Source of the DNA: Phoronis australis
Taxonomy: Eukaryota; Animalia; Phoronida
Length of the DNA: 64,000 nucleotides
Direction: 5' to 3'
Assembly: GCA_002633005.1 (NCBI GenBank)
Contig: NMRA01000948.1
Coordinates: 3,629 to 67,628, forward strand
Under the pieces are notes generated by a model that ran no database searches, had not been told where the DNA came from, and saw only the letters and a program-made list of their open reading frames with translations. The position numbers and the translations under genes were made by a program. Shown in pieces: positions 25,001-38,478 of this stretch. How positions within the stretch are numbered: position 1 is the stretch's first letter; every line of letters starts with the position of its first letter.

Positions 25001-25989
25001 TTTGGGTTGATCGTCTGCGACTCAGGTCCCATGCCTGAAAAGCAACAACGTAGATTAGTCCGGAAGCTAAATGCCATTTTTTTGCTTCTTTTAACCTGGA
25101 TTTGCCCGACAGTTTCTTCTTTGCTGTTTCATGTATCCTAGGCATAGTTATAGATGACACTGTATGTTAAAGGAGATTACCATCTTTGAAGATATTTATG
25201 GTCAATTCATCATACTTCACATGCCATAGAAGACACTTTGAATCACTTCTATGAACATGAAATTAATAATCATAACAGTTGTTCGAACACTACGGCAACA
25301 CTTTTGGTTTTGAAAGTTAATAAAATCAACTAAAAGACTTCAAAAGTAAAATGTGCCAAATTCATAAAAACATGCACCTTTAAAAAGTGAATATTCTCTT
25401 TAAAGGACAGTTAATACTGCTATATTTACAAATCATTCAAAGTGGTGCAGCATTTAAAATAACTCGGAACTCATTTGTACACAAAAATTGCTTCCAATAC
25501 GAACGTTTATTTGTAAAGCAGAGAGATGGTAACAGAAGTAGTAGTCTGAGCTAGCTGTAATAGTGGTCCTCGTTGCAATTTAGGATGATAAAATACAACA
25601 TTTTCTGTTGTACATGTACTGCCAGAGGGAGACAATTACCAACGTCTGGTGAATCATTCCTAAGCTCTGCTTCCATTTCGTCCAGCATTGCCAATTCAGC
25701 TTCAAAAGCAGATGGGTCTTCATCATCAAAGTCATTCCTGAAAAGAAATATCCCACAACCTCATAAACCAGGATCTGCTTGTATTAAAAGACAGTTGTAG
25801 TACAATCAAACACATTTATTTAGACAGTTTGGCGAAAATATGTCAATGTTATGACAACATTGCTTATACAGTTATCATTAGATTATATGTTTTATTAGTT
25901 GATGCACGCAGTAACTGACACAAAAATTCTTACTTGGCCTTTTTAGATACAGGTCCACCTTTACCTTGGAACTGCTTGCGTTTGTCCAT
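10036..25989 (-). CDS. POLD1: DNA polymerase delta catalytic subunit, 3'-partial (710 codons). Exons: 25934-25989, 25640-25737, 24918-25034, 23514-23686, 22591-22684, 21573-21741, 19287-19525, 18425-18591, 16797-17042, 15960-16070, 14643-14834, 12938-13026, 11937-12053, 11232-11345, 10036-10183
   Basis: 15 GT-AG exons join in frame (2130 nt, no stops). Motifs: [14 protein letters not shown], Exo[14 protein letters not shown], Exo[27 protein letters not shown], Exo[26 protein letters not shown], motif [23 protein letters not shown], motif [30 protein letters not shown]. Confidence 0.97.
12199..12705. repeat. Degenerate ~17-bp tandem array (catgactcatgtgacac-like) in a POLD1 intron
   Basis: Repeated catgactcatgtgacac / gagactcacgtgatac variants over ~500 bp. 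Confidence 0.8.
15085..15236. repeat. 76-bp direct tandem duplication (2 copies)
   Basis: aagaatg(c/t)tgaaaacacaggccaataatgatgca...ggctgctaatgtgac occurs at 15085 and 15161 with few mismatches. Confidence 0.9.
16164..16237 (-). pseudogene. Degenerate tRNA-like sequence or tRNA-derived SINE head
   Basis: The minus strand has A box TAGCTGAATGG and B box GGTTCGATTCC at tRNA spacing, but the anticodon arm does not pair. Confidence 0.55.
17972..18038. repeat. 30-bp tandem repeat (~2.2 copies)
   Basis: aaactgcacatactgtgaagcggcaca occurs twice, plus a partial unit. Confidence 0.8.
20185..20340. mobile_element. hAT-like MITE (156 bp)
   Basis: TIRs cagtgctgttgtgg / ccacctcagcactg (12/14 match); flanking 8-mers gtaacgag / gtaatggg (6/8) fit a decayed 8-bp TSD. 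Confidence 0.6.
21024..21454. mobile_element. Kolobok-like MITE
   Basis: TIRs aggttatgtaagacct / aggtcctacataacct (15/16) in a degenerate TTAA context; a related left end ggttatgcaggacc is at 37797. Confidence 0.55.
22089..22375. repeat. 29-bp minisatellite, ~10 copies, in a POLD1 intron
   Basis: Unit ttacaaggcaacatggccggctccatat(t), with near-identical copies. Confidence 0.95.
23112..23369 (+). mobile_element. hAT-like MITE, CAGGGCTTGGAA family (complete copy)
   Basis: Perfect 12-bp TIRs cagggcttggaa / ttccaagccctg, internal gaaatcgaaaccaa repeats, flanks caagga / ctagga. Confidence 0.75.
23850..23990 (+). repeat. Dispersed repeat fragment; other copies at ~30590-30830 (+) and ~55625-55850 (-)
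   Basis: Shared tttagca..tggcgta(a/g)ctattacc(g/a)aaca..tgtggtaagcctctgaaaatagaaat; the reverse complement is seen at 55640-55745. Confidence 0.65.
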
Positions 25990-26699
25990 ATCCTGAAGAA
26001 AATGAAACAGAGTTCTTTTATTCTGAAAGACAATTTTGGCAACAGACCTTCTCACATTCACATTGATTGATATCGCAAAGTTGGCCAAGTTTGCATTAAC
26101 AGGCAATACTGTCAAATTTCAATAAAAATTCCACTCTGATAGAGAAGGCCCCTACGTAACCAGTGGCAACAGCTAAAACGGGTACTGTCACTAATAGAAC
26201 GACCTGGAAATAAGAACTATGCTCTCTCCCTCACATAAAATTTTACCACGTGACAATTGGGTCCCACAGCAGCGCCACCAATGAAGGAATGGTTTAGAGG
26301 TCAAAAGGCACAAGAATACTCAGTCTGAACTTTCCTCATGTGAAAAATTTTATCAAAAGCTGCCTGGGAAATTTTGACTACTGGTACTTGAACAGAATGC
26401 AGTCAATCTAGGGCTATTTTACCTTTTCTTTTGAAAAGTCTGAAAATCATTTAGGGTCAACACTTCAAGATCAAGTTTCGCAAGAATGCAGTCATTGAAA
26501 ACAAATGACAGAAAAAAATTCCTGGAGAAAATTTTTAATTCAAGGTAGATGCTAAAGTATAGATTGGTCAGACAATCAGGTATGTGGGTCCAGTATGGAC
26601 ATTCAACACCGTCAGAATTCATCCAAGGGGAGGCGTAATGAACAATTCCCATTTGGTTGCCCTCCCCTAGTTGAATACTTTTGGCCACATCAGTAACAT

Positions 26700-28100
26700 G
26701 GTACAAACAGAAGAACTTACTGCTTGATTGGCCAAGGGTATTTATTCTATCATTTTCTTTCTCAAGTAGGCGATTTTTCGAGAATGTTGTTTACAGTTAA
26801 TATTGTTGGCATTGATGTATTTTCTAGTACCGTTATTTCAGCCAGGCAGCTATAGTATATAAAACAGATTTCATCTTGCGCTTATTTTACAGAAATAGAC
26901 TGTGATAAAATGCTTGGAATTCTCTGAACAACTTCTTTGGGTTCTTCCTGCACTCTCGTGGTTTTAAGACTTTAATTTCCATGAAAAAATTAAGTTGTGT
27001 AAATACCTTTTTAAATCATAGGGTCTGTTTTTAGAACAGAGCGCATGATAGGATACCATACTACAGTCATCAACCAAACTCCGCGGCCATCTTAATGTTT
27101 TATTTGGGATACGCTCAGTTCTTTTTACAAAGGGAAATTATATTGATTAAAAACACGTGCACGGAAAATTAATTTCACCACATGTAAGGCACATTTTCAA
27201 ATGCTAAAAGATGTTTTAAGTGCTATAGTTCTGATTGGTTTTTTAATTGTTCAGGCCACTAAAACAAAGAAATGTGACAGGCTCAAAACTTGCCAATACT
27301 AAATAATCTAATGTATGGCTGAGGTGGCAGCGGCAAATCAGTCATATGGCGTGAGCAACAACTCAACTTTTTTACATAATACCATAAATTTCACAACTGT
27401 AATTGTAGATTGCTATTGCGAAACCTGCCTGTTTACCAACTACGTCATAGACATGACATGACATCATTTACTAAAAATAAAACACCAAGGCCAAACAAAG
27501 CTATCACAACATAACTCTGTAATAAAATCTTTAAAAGTTCAATAATTTTAGTGTAAAAGCTGCATCATCACAGGTTCATAAGATGTCACAACCTCTGTCT
27601 AATGTTCTTGTAAACAATAAGTAGGGTAGATTAGAATTCTACCCCATTGAGTTAGTGGAGTGGTCTTAAACAGGTATTGAATTTGTTTGGCCTAACCCTG
27701 TGTAAATAATGTCACATGACAATGTATGTACAGCACTTTTCAGGGGGACTCAAATATCAGAGCAAGGTTGTTGGCACAGAAAACTGAGCTAAACCACAGG
27801 TAGGATAAACAGCAACTGCCAGCTGTCTGGTGACATATTTAAGTGCTGGGAGTTATTCTTAACAGTCAGTGTTTGGCATGTAACTGTTACCATGTTTATT
27901 TACTTGAATATTTTGAAAACAAACCACAGATGCTGGACTGTTTTGTAGGGTAGAAGATGAGCAACTTGAAAGGGGTGCCTCTTCAAAATGGTCGCTAACC
28001 CCGGCGGAACCAATTTTAATGGGCATTACTGTTACTCAGTGAAAACCAGTTTCCGGCAGCTATTTTGAAGGAGTTTCGTTGAGCTGACTTTAACTATTCG
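26700..28100. promoter_or_regulatory. Putative divergent promoter region between POLD1 (-) and LITAF-like 1 (+)
   Basis: Both ATG exons are preceded by splice acceptors (25993-25995, 28821-28823), so non-coding first exons lie further upstream, most simply between the genes. CCAAT boxes (~26727, ~27233), YY1-like GCGGCCATCTT (27083-27093), CACGTG (~27153). TSSs cannot be determined. Confidence 0.4.
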
Positions 28101-28831
28101 GTAGATGCAATAATGTCGAGAACTCCTAGTGTGATCAGGCATTTTTCACTTGTAATACGGTACATGCAGGCGATGTCTCACAAAGTTTTGCTTGATTACG
28201 TATTTTCTGGAGGTTCCCATGCTGAAGGAATGTCCTTTTGAATAGTAAGTTACCTGGTCATCTGTGATATTCTTAAGAAAAAACTTTGTGGAGCAACGCA
28301 ACTGCAAAGTCGACAAGTCAGGCCTACCTAAACTGCTGTTAAGGCCTTGGTGTTACTTGTTTACCATACATCAGGTAGCCCAGTTGAACTATAAGCTACA
28401 CAAAAATTCACTTGTTCCATCAGTAACCCTCAATAAGTTACAATGGCGCACCAAGTCAATAGTTTGGGAAGTTCTAGCTGATGGATCTGTTTCATGTAAG
28501 TGATTAAGACTTAAGAAAGAAATTTGGTCTTACCCTCCCTCTTCACAATTGTTGAATAAAAGTTTAGCAAAGTAATTATGAGCACATAAGAGTCTAGAAA
28601 TAATTATAAAACTTATTTCAATAACTAGCAGTTACGCGTATGTCCTCAGAAACTTTGCACTTTAGCTCAAGTAAGTTTTAATCATTTTTCATAAATAGTT
28701 GTAAGGAGCGTAACAACAAATTTTTGTCTTACGTCTTAGTCATTTTTCATGAAACAAACCCCAGTACTACTGAAAGCAACACGGGAAAAACCTAATTGGC
28801 TATCCTAATTCTTTCATCAACAGGTACAAAT

Positions 28832-31682
28832 ATGAGCGGTAGAGTTGAACAAACACCCATTTTGAAAGAGCAGCAAGCAGATGATCCCCCACCGCCCTAT
28901 GATGGGGTGACCAGCCAGCCACCTGCACCCCAATACCAACAGTACCCACCCTATCCTGCACAGTCTCAGTACCCACAACAGTACGGCACAGGTAATATGT
29001 CTGACAATATCAACAACTAGGCCTGTTTCATACTAACGTTGACGTGTCGATGTTTTGGGGAGTTGTGGTAAAAGTGCAAGACCACGCATGGATATAATGT
29101 ATGATACATTTTTATTTTAGTGATATGTCTGTCGATATGTCTGTCGATCAGATTTCCAGAATTTCCACAACAGTGATAATTTGTGAGGTGCTAAAGGTGT
29201 TGTGCTGCTTGTGACAATTCACATGTATTACCACTACCACTACCATGAGTGAACAAAATCTGTTTTGACTTTTTGTCTGTAAGAAATACAATTTCTGAAA
29301 ACAAGTGAACAGTAAGCAGTAGTGTCATTTTATAGTGTCTCAAACTTTTTATAGTTTGAAGTAATTTTCTGTTTAAATATAACCAATCTCTGGATAGAGC
29401 TAAAATACGATAATTTGATTGTGCAGAATTGTCTCAAATTTTATTTATTATATGTTTGAAGTAGTGTACTTTAGACCCTCAGTATTGTAAGTATAAGGTA
29501 CAATGAAAACATTATGATATGGTATGGAAATGTTTTGCACTTATTGTTGAAGCAATGACGTGGTCACGTGGGGGCACAACAGGGTCTTGGCCTGTAGGTT
29601 CATTACAAAAAGGCCCTTTTGTTGAAACACCTTTCAATTTTGCGTTTTACTCCTCCTCGTTGATTGCACAGTATTCCCAGGTTGCACTCATGGACAACAA
29701 TTTCACATTTGCCCGAGTTGAATCCTTCTAGCTGTACCTGCCTAGTGTGTTGAGATACACAGGTCTAAACGTCATGCTTTATTTACAGGACAGACCCAGC
29801 AAGTGATCGTACAAGCCCCTGTGAAGTTAGTAAAGCTACTTGGTAGACAGCCTCAAGAGTGGGACTGTCAGTTCTGTCAAGCACACATGGTCACTATTAC
29901 AAAGTACATCAGAGGCAACATGAATTGGCTAGCATCTGCAGTCTTGTGCCTCGCACTGTGAGTATACAGCCATCAATAAACAAAGGGGTGGGAGGGGGGG
30001 TTAGAAAAGACACACGCTAGGGGATCACCAATGCAGGTGATAACAGATAACTGCAACCTGCAGAAACAAGAAACTAGATCAACAACAGATTCTTGCTGCC
30101 TGAAATGTTGAATGAAAGATGAGACACGAGAACACAATGACGATCAGTGTTTCACTTACCAAAGCATTAGAAAAGAATGCTTTGGAAGTAAAGCAGTTTC
30201 AGTGAAAACTGTCATAGTTAACAAAAACATTAAAACACTTGCGAAATTTCTCAAGCAGGCTGGTAGACTTGCAGAGTGTGAGCAGTGAGATTTAAAGTAC
30301 AATGTCTGTTGCCATGGGCCTGTAAGAAGGCCTAAATAACGTGTGGGATTTTCTGTTACTTTATTTCGAAAAAATTTTGACACCACTGTTCCATTATTAT
30401 TATGTTATCATCAAATTTTACTTTCAAGATTAAACATAAAACTTGACCAGACCCGTGGGTTCTTTCACATGAACTTTCAAATTCCATAAATGTGATTTTA
30501 TAGTTTTCGACCAGACATGGCCAATCACTGAAAATCTGACTCTTTTTGGTTTAGCTGCAACCTCACCAATCAAACTTACGTACTGTTGAGGGTAAATGTT
30601 CTTCAGCTTGGTACTTTTATATGATGGACAGATGAAATTTCACTTTGTTGAATTTCTTAACAAATATAACTTTTTAGAGAAATTTATTTTGCTTTTAGCA
30701 CGGTTTGTATGGCGTAGCTATTACCAAACAACATTTGGTAAAATTTTGAACATTTACAACTATGTGGTAAGCCTCTGAAAAATAGAAATATGGCAATTTT
30801 AGCAATTATTTTGTCCCAAATAAAAGAATTAATACCGTATAACCAGGTTACTGAATACCATGTAATTTTTTTTAAGTTCTATAATTAAATTGCACATAGA
30901 TAGAGGTTAAAGTTTCAAATCGGTATTTCACGAAACCTTTTTGAAAGACTGCAGCACTGTTTTTCTGGGATAGTGCTACGGAACCAGCATTATGTACTGT
31001 AAAATGTCGTATTGACTAAGTCAACTCTTGAATTCATATAACGGTTGGCATTAGTAATTTACTTATCAAATTGAGGTAGATTCCTGTTTAAATAATGATG
31101 AATTATTGTTAGACTGTGGAATAAGCTCCTTGTCAGGTTCATGAAGAATGGAACTGTCTTGAGTTGGCACAGCTTAAAATGCCATCGACATTACAAGTTA
31201 CCCTAGAACAAGTTACTAAGTTTAGTAGTAGTTTGCACTGGAGCAACTTGACTCATGTGTAATGTTCAATTTACCCTACCTTATCGTTGTTGTGTGAACG
31301 CAAACGTACTGACAAAATGGATGAAACTACCCGCCATACACTTGCTCAGTTACGCACATAGCGTTGTCTCATTTTTGCGCCATATTTGTCGCATGGTGAA
31401 GGCTGCCTGTGTAGTTTGGACGCTTGGCTGAATGGTGCACTCTAGAGCAAGTTGTTCTAGGTTAACTCTAAGTGTGCACACTTATTAAATGGCTGCGGAC
31501 AAACCACAAGTGCTTTTATTTGACGGTTTTCATGATCGACTCTCGACTTTTATTTCAGACCCGGTATAACATGGTTGGGATGTGCATGCATTCCCTTCTG
31601 TATGAACAGCCTGAAAGACATCGAGCACACCTGTCCCAACTGTAACCAGGTAGTTGGTGTATGGCAACACACCTCTAACTAA
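28832..31682 (+). CDS. LITAF/CDIP1-family zinc-binding membrane protein 1; exons 28832-28991, 29789-29957, 31559-31682 (150 aa)
   Basis: Pro/Gln/Tyr-rich N-terminus with PPPY; LITAF domain QPQEWDCQFC..MNWLASAVLCLALPGITWLGCACIPFCMNSLKDIEHTCPNCNQVVG; GT-AG introns of phase 1 and 2. Confidence 0.92.
31196..31467. mobile_element. TIR-bearing MITE-like element in LITAF-like 1 intron 2
   Basis: agttaccctagaacaa / ttgttctaggttaact (15/16 inverted match); related ccctagaacaa..ctaggtttt sequences at ~52081 and ~60820. Confidence 0.5.
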
Positions 31683-32149
31683 TACCACCAGGAGAGCTTA
31701 CCTTCCATCAACCTTTAGAGGAATGTCCAAATAAGGTACAACTTCACAGCTGGAAGCTTGGAGCCTGTTGCTAATCCAACAAGAAAAATCGAAAGAAACG
31801 TCAGATTTTGCCTGATGCTTACCTATGGCAGATTTGTGAAATTGAACGTTTGACAACCCACAGTATTTTATTTTGTAACTTAAAAGGAAAAAGATAAAAA
31901 TGGAATTGAGTTGTGTATGTATTTTTGTATATATATTACCAGATTATACAACTATTTTTGTAGATACTTGTGATTGAGTAATAAATGATCAATGACTGCA
32001 CTTTCCTTTTCCGATGCAAATACGTGTACAAACTATTTTTCCCTCAGACTGCTGCTGTACAAAATAATCGAGACAAACACCGTGTTTCAAGTGCCATGTA
32101 CGAACTAATAGAGAAAACACCGTCCGTAAATCTAACCATTGAGCTACAA

Positions 32150-32459
32150 CTAAACTATGTCTTACTTTTATTAATTATTTATTGTCTGTTTTTAATTATT
32201 TATATTTATATTTTAGTTAATCGTCTTACTTTCTTTATCTTCTATTAATCATATTTTATCTATTATTCTGTTTCAACAGTCTTTCCATGTTAATTTCTTA
32301 TTCTTTGCTGATTATTTAAATAGTGTCTTTTATTTTGTAATTCTGTTAAAGTTTGTCTGTCTGTATGTTTTTACTGAGGGCCCCATGGAAAGCAGTGTAA
32401 ACTGATGGGGCTACCCTCATTGTAAATATTACATTAATATTAATAATAATAATAATAAT
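32150..32459 (+). mobile_element. Probable LINE/SINE 3' end with stem-loop and (AAT)n tail
   Basis: T-rich tract, imperfect hairpin gagggcccca..tggggctaccctc, then taataataataataataat. Confidence 0.45.
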
Positions 32460-34533
32460 CAAACGTAGGCTCCCTGCACAAAATAGAGGTTCTGTCGCTG
32501 ACCTTGATTACGACCTCTAGAGCACCACGAGCTCAAATCGATGGGGCCTCTGGACTTTTTCTAACTTATAAGAGACCCAGAACAGCATTAATCCAACACA
32601 CCAAGCAAGTCCCCCCCCCCGCAATATAAAGAGGTTTGCAAGAGGAGAATAACATGGGATGTAACATTCAGAAAAATCTATTTTTACTGAGCAAGATTGT
32701 CAGTAAAAAATCCAGAATTAAAGTCGCTGAATCTTTGTTTTCATTTTTCATTGCAAATGAACCTCCATGAGAGGCCCACCACATAATGTGATGATAGTGA
32801 GGTGGTTAGGCAGGAATGTTTACTTAGTGCCTGACTTTCATGAACCAAATCTAGCTAAACCCACCATAGCTTGCAATGTTGATAAGATCTAGCCAGTCTG
32901 CCAGCCAGCCTTTGCCAGTGAAACAAATGCAACAAACACAACAAACACCTTGCTTGGGCGATATTGAGAGAAGGACTTTGACAATGCTGGATAACAACTA
33001 GATTTATCATAACTGCAGACAGATAAGTTGAACCACAGATTTACAATTTTCTCTCATGAGCATAGGTGGTTACGTTTTCATGTTTGGATTTGAACCGACT
33101 GGAATTGGAACTGAACAAAAATACACAAGTTTAATTTTCAGAGATCTGAGTTTTCTCAATACACATCTATTTTTAATCAAAAGAATAAACTTTTGAAAAC
33201 CTTGAAAAAAGGTATTATCTCCATTTTTCTGTCTATACATACAACAACAAAAATTTCATGAACAATTACAACGATGTACTGATCAGCAACTTGTTTGGAG
33301 AAAAGAATTAGGTTCCATACTTGTACAAAATACCACGTTGCAAGCTTGCGCCCTGACATGAAAAGGAGACCAGAGAATGGCGTAAACAGGTTATTTTTTA
33401 TTACTAGACTAGATTTCCGCTTTTTGTGGGAAATGAAGAATTAGTGTTACCATAAGTCGTGAACATTTACCGTATCTTGGTACCTTTCAAAGCCAACAAT
33501 AGAATGTCAGCTTTCTAATTTCCCAGCTGGCCACGTTTGGCCTACCCCGCTACACCATCCTTCCCAAAATTGACCTTGCACCCTAACTGGCAAGAGGTCC
33601 TCTCTCAGTACCAAGAAGCTGGTCAGTAAGCCATGCATTTCATTACATAACATATCTGCATCCATGTAATCTGGGATATTCCATTTTGAAAAATGTAGGT
33701 CATGGTATGACCTCTAATATTCACTAGAGAACAAAACTAGAGCACACAAAACATTTGCTACTCTGTAACAATGATGTATCTACAAACAATAGTGTGCCAA
33801 CTGAATAGTGTTTAAGTTCAACAACCAGTCTGCTGACTGACAGCTGGCCTCCTCACACACATTGTGACCCAGATAAAGGTTAGGTCACTTGTGCAGTGCA
33901 GCAGTGCAGCAGATATTACACATAATCCAAGCTAGAGGTCAGTTACTTATTGAAGTCCAACCAGTCAGCAGGTAAGTACAGATTTAGACTGATGTCATTC
34001 TGGTGTGATTAGGTTGATAAACAGATGGGTTACTTGAGGTGTTACTCTTTGATAACAAAGTATTGGAATCATAACATGCATTCTCAATGAAAGTGAGTGT
34101 ACAGGAAACAAATCTGGATAATGAATGTACTTGTGAATCCAGGTCAACAAGAAATGACAGGCAGTTCAACTTACCACAAGATTAGTAGAATATCTAATAT
34201 AAAAGCATTCATTTCAGCCAGAAAATATTGAGAAGGGATTTCAATCTTTTGTACATGAATCATGAAGAAATATGGATGAAAGTCAACTGCATAAAATAAC
34301 TGGAAAAACAGGTTTAAAGACCACAGAGGTCTTTGAAATTATGACATTCATCTCAGATGGGTTTACGCCCTTTGCAGGGTACCAGGTATTAGTTCTTAGA
34401 AAAAAGTGAACTCCTTGATCGAGTTATCCTATGATTTGGTATGAACAGATTCAAAATGGGTGTGCGACTGCAGCATTGCTTGAAATGATATTCCATGTCT
34501 TCAACAAGACTAAACATTGACCTGGACATTACG

Positions 34534-35233
34534 GGCACTAGTCGGATATAATGGACCCTAACTTATTCCAAATAAATCCACTAAATGTAGGTCTAAATGA
34601 ATGATTTTGGTATCGTTGCATTCCTCAGACATCTGGCTATTCGTACGAATCATTTTCACGACCCTCAATTACTCTAGTCTATAGCTACGCTGTTCCGAAC
34701 TCGGTCCACTTTAGCCACGCGCATCGTGAAATCGGCAGCCATTTCAGGGAACTTACTGTATCTAGCGACATCTATCAGCGATTTGCTACAACATGTGCTG
34801 TTCCTTTTTCATCAGTCAACGTCATTGGTCGATTTCGTCAATATTATTAACGTCAGTCGTTATTAATCATCTGCTCTCGTCATCACCTTCGTCGTCTCTC
34901 TCACGATCGTATCTGTCATCGTCATGTTATCGTCGTCCATGTTGACTGATGAAAAAGGAACAGCGCGTGTTGTAGCAAATCGCCGATAGATGGCGCTAGA
35001 TATAGTAAGTTCCCTGAAATGGCTGCCGATTTCACAATGCGTGTGGCTAACGCTAAAGTGTACCAAGTTCAGAATGGCGTAGTTATAGACTAGAGTAATT
35101 GAGGGTCGTGAAAAGGATTTGTACGGATAGCCAGATGTCTGAGGAATGCAACGATACCAAAATCATTCATTTAGACCTACATTTAGTGGATTTATTTGGA
35201 ATAAGTTAGGGTCCATTATATAAGACTAGTACC
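34534..35233. mobile_element. Mutator-like (MULE) foldback MITE, 700 bp
   Basis: ~290-bp inverted arms (34534-34820 / 34941-35233) starting GG(C/T)ACTAGTC, ~120-bp spacer, perfect 9-bp TSD GACATTACG at 34525-34533 and 35234-35242. Confidence 0.9.
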
Positions 35234-37389
35234 GACATTACGAACTAATACTTCAAGTGCAAAAATTAGCTGCTAGGGTAAACACATGACAGGCCATCTT
35301 TGGCTGGATCACATTTAGGTAATAGACAATGAGGTCCACTGGATATTCTCCAAGCACTGAGGTTAACATCATTACAGTAAAAATTGCTGAAAGGACAGTC
35401 TCCCTAATTTCGTTTGGGACATGGTCGAATGAGGCATTCACCATATTTCTCAAATTTCGGACATGTCAATTTTAGCGGCACTGGTCGTATTTCACATTTC
35501 GGGCAGTGCATTTTTTCGTTTGATCGGGGGCTGAATGTAAATCTAAGAGTTTTGTGTGACATTTTACAAGTTTGTGATTGTGTAATTACACTTACTGAGT
35601 AATTAGTGTCTAAATGCTCAGTGCTCTCAGCGAGAGCACTCGGGAACGAAATGGTTTCATTTGCATATCACGTTTTGGTCGTGATAGACCGACGGGAAAA
35701 ACTGCCCATACAGCTCCAATGGGTAATAAACTATTGAAATCGCTGTTCAAAGCGTGTCAAGTGAAAGGCCTTGTAACCCCTGAGATTCTATCACGAACAT
35801 TTCGCGTTAAAGGCTATATATTTATATAGTGTTCTCCACCCTCAAAAACTCAAACAGGTCGCGTTTATAACCAGTTCGAAAGTTTACACAGTGTGAATCT
35901 CAAGCATGTACTCACGAACACACAAAATGATACTTTTTGTTCAAAATGAAAAAATCAATTGTGTGGTGTGCTATTTAAACAGGTCAGAGGAAAAATCAAA
36001 CAGGTCGCGTCGACCTGTTAAAACGGGTCATGAAGAACATTGCTTTATGAATGTAGATCATGCTCACAAAATTAATAAAATAGACTTGGGACGATTCTTT
36101 TTTTGCCACATAGCATTTGTTGAAGGCTCGATCAGCCTTGTGTAATACTAAAAAGTACACATGGTTTGAGAAGAGCAAGTACATTCGTGAACAAAAAGAA
36201 ATGTCCCTTTAATTGATGAACTATAATAATAAGACAAATAACAAGTAAACAAAATTGTTGTCCCATGCAAGGCGGGTGCAAGACGAGTACCCTACACCCC
36301 AAACAGCAGAACGCCCAACCTCAAATTGTAAAACCTGCCACTAGGTAATGTAGACTCAATCCCACATCTACCAACTACTCGTGATCACAATTTCAACTCC
36401 CAAAATGCATGTCGTTTTAATTACTTGGAATTTAGTGAGCAGAATTTTGAGTTGCACCAAAAGCAACTCATGTCTCGGCGACAACAAATACTCAAGATGA
36501 AAACCTTTTACTGAAGGAAACAGGGAGGTGTTCTTTGCTCATGCACACAAATGATCATATTTAGTACGGCATTTCAGACCCTGAAATAAAACATAGTATT
36601 CTGATATAAAAGCAACAATAACACCTAGACCAGGCTTTATGACATGCTTTCAATTCCTAAGAACTTTGGAAATTATTCCTGGATATTATGGATCTGGTCA
36701 ATCTTAATCCTTCTGCACCGATTAAACTTAACATGATTTTGAAAAAGCCTCAAGTGCTAAAATGACCCTGTGGTTACCTGAATGGGGAAATATCCAAGAC
36801 CTACAAAATTTTTGACAACTGTGATGTGACTACATTTATATTCCAGTTTCAGCATTCAAATCTCGTCATAATAGTGCTAGACTCCGTGAGACACGTCATC
36901 ACTAAACATCCAAATACTGACCTGCTTTCCCATCCTTGCATCAAACCTAAGACATTTGCTGCACAGATTACCAAATATTTACAATTACGACATTCAGCCA
37001 ACAACAAAATGAATGTAGACTACGTGCTTAGTTAAGAAGTGTATTTTAGAATGCTGTTTTATCGAAAATTTTATTTATCTTTTTTCCATTATTTGATGAA
37101 GTGCAACTATGCTATGAGCAAAAGTGTTGGAAACATGAAAACGATTAATGAGAATACTCAGCTTTGTTAATGTTTTTCTCAATTAAATGGTTGCGTAAAA
37201 CATTCTTAAAAAATGGCTTGTCATATTCAGTTGTTTTTGTATCAAGCTATAATAAATCTGTGGTAAGAAATCTTTGCTTGTGAAAAACCGTGAATTCTAT
37301 TCCATAACTCAACATTCCAACCTCACCGACCAATCACTTCAATAGCCGCCATTTTAGATGCGTTCAATATACAGCGACACGATCTTTGA

Positions 37390-37671
37390 AGGCACATTTG
37401 CTACATCGTTTTCGTGCCATTGGAGTTTCAGGTTATTTGTTGTTGTCTAATACTTTACAAGTTCTTTCTCGGTTGCATTACTCTATCCATGCGTCCAATG
37501 CCAACGAAGTTTTACTGCTGTGCTGTGGGCTGCAACTCCGATGTGAAGAAGTTTGATAAACTGGACAAATACACAAAAATGTGCCTGATTTCCAAAACGA
37601 GGTCACACGCTTTTATATCTCCAGGACAAAGGAGAGCTCTATCGCCATGTAATAAGGGACAGCCCTATTGT
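37390..37671 (+). mobile_element. Degenerate THAP-domain transposon remnant, copy A
   Basis: MPTKFYCCAVGCNSDVKKFDKLDKY resembles a THAP N-terminus (MP..C.V.GC); DNA is homologous to 61541-61879 with an internal deletion. Confidence 0.6.
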
Positions 37672-38478
37672 GAATGCGCCCAAAAGATTTCATGTCTCCT
37701 TCAGTAAAGGAAAGGTGTATTTTCATGCCTAATACTACATTTTTGAAACACAAATTCTTGTGACATGAGTGTTCACTTAGGCAAGGGTACGTTGAAGGTT
37801 ATGCAGGACCCTAGAAAAATGCATATCTCAGAAATGGCTCTCTATGTTCGCAGGAAACTTTCATCTACTATCCTTTGAGTAGTTCTCCAAAATGTTATCA
37901 AAATCAAAAGCTGCGTCAAAAGAGAAAACTATTTTAGAAAAATATGACAGTGTATGAGTTTACAGGTTTTCTATTTTTAAATGTCTTAATTGCTTAAATA
38001 GGGAGTGGGCGTTCGTTTTGAATACTGAAAAATGGGGATTACTAAAACATGGACTTCCTCAATTAAGTTATAAGCTTTGACCGGACCTATAAAACAACTC
38101 CACCCATAGTTTTGATGATTTTATTACTAACTGCCAACTTTTTCCATTGTCTGCTGTAGTGTAATGGACCAGAAATTTGCTGACTACTATTTACATTCAC
38201 TTACAATACTCTGCCATTTATCAAATGGTGTTTATGTTCATCTGCAGAGCTGTAAACTGGAAAGACTTGGGAGTTTAAAGTAAAAATTTAGGTATTTTCA
38301 GGGTTGGGGGTTGGGCCAAACATGGGCATTAATATGGCCGAGTATGGTATACTAAATTAGAAAATGCAACAATTCCTTTGCCAAAAATGGACTAAACCCA
38401 AGTCTAATGTATAATGCAGTTAATCTTCCTTGCTCACCAACATTTTTCAAACTATTGACACTGTCCTTTTCTCATTAA

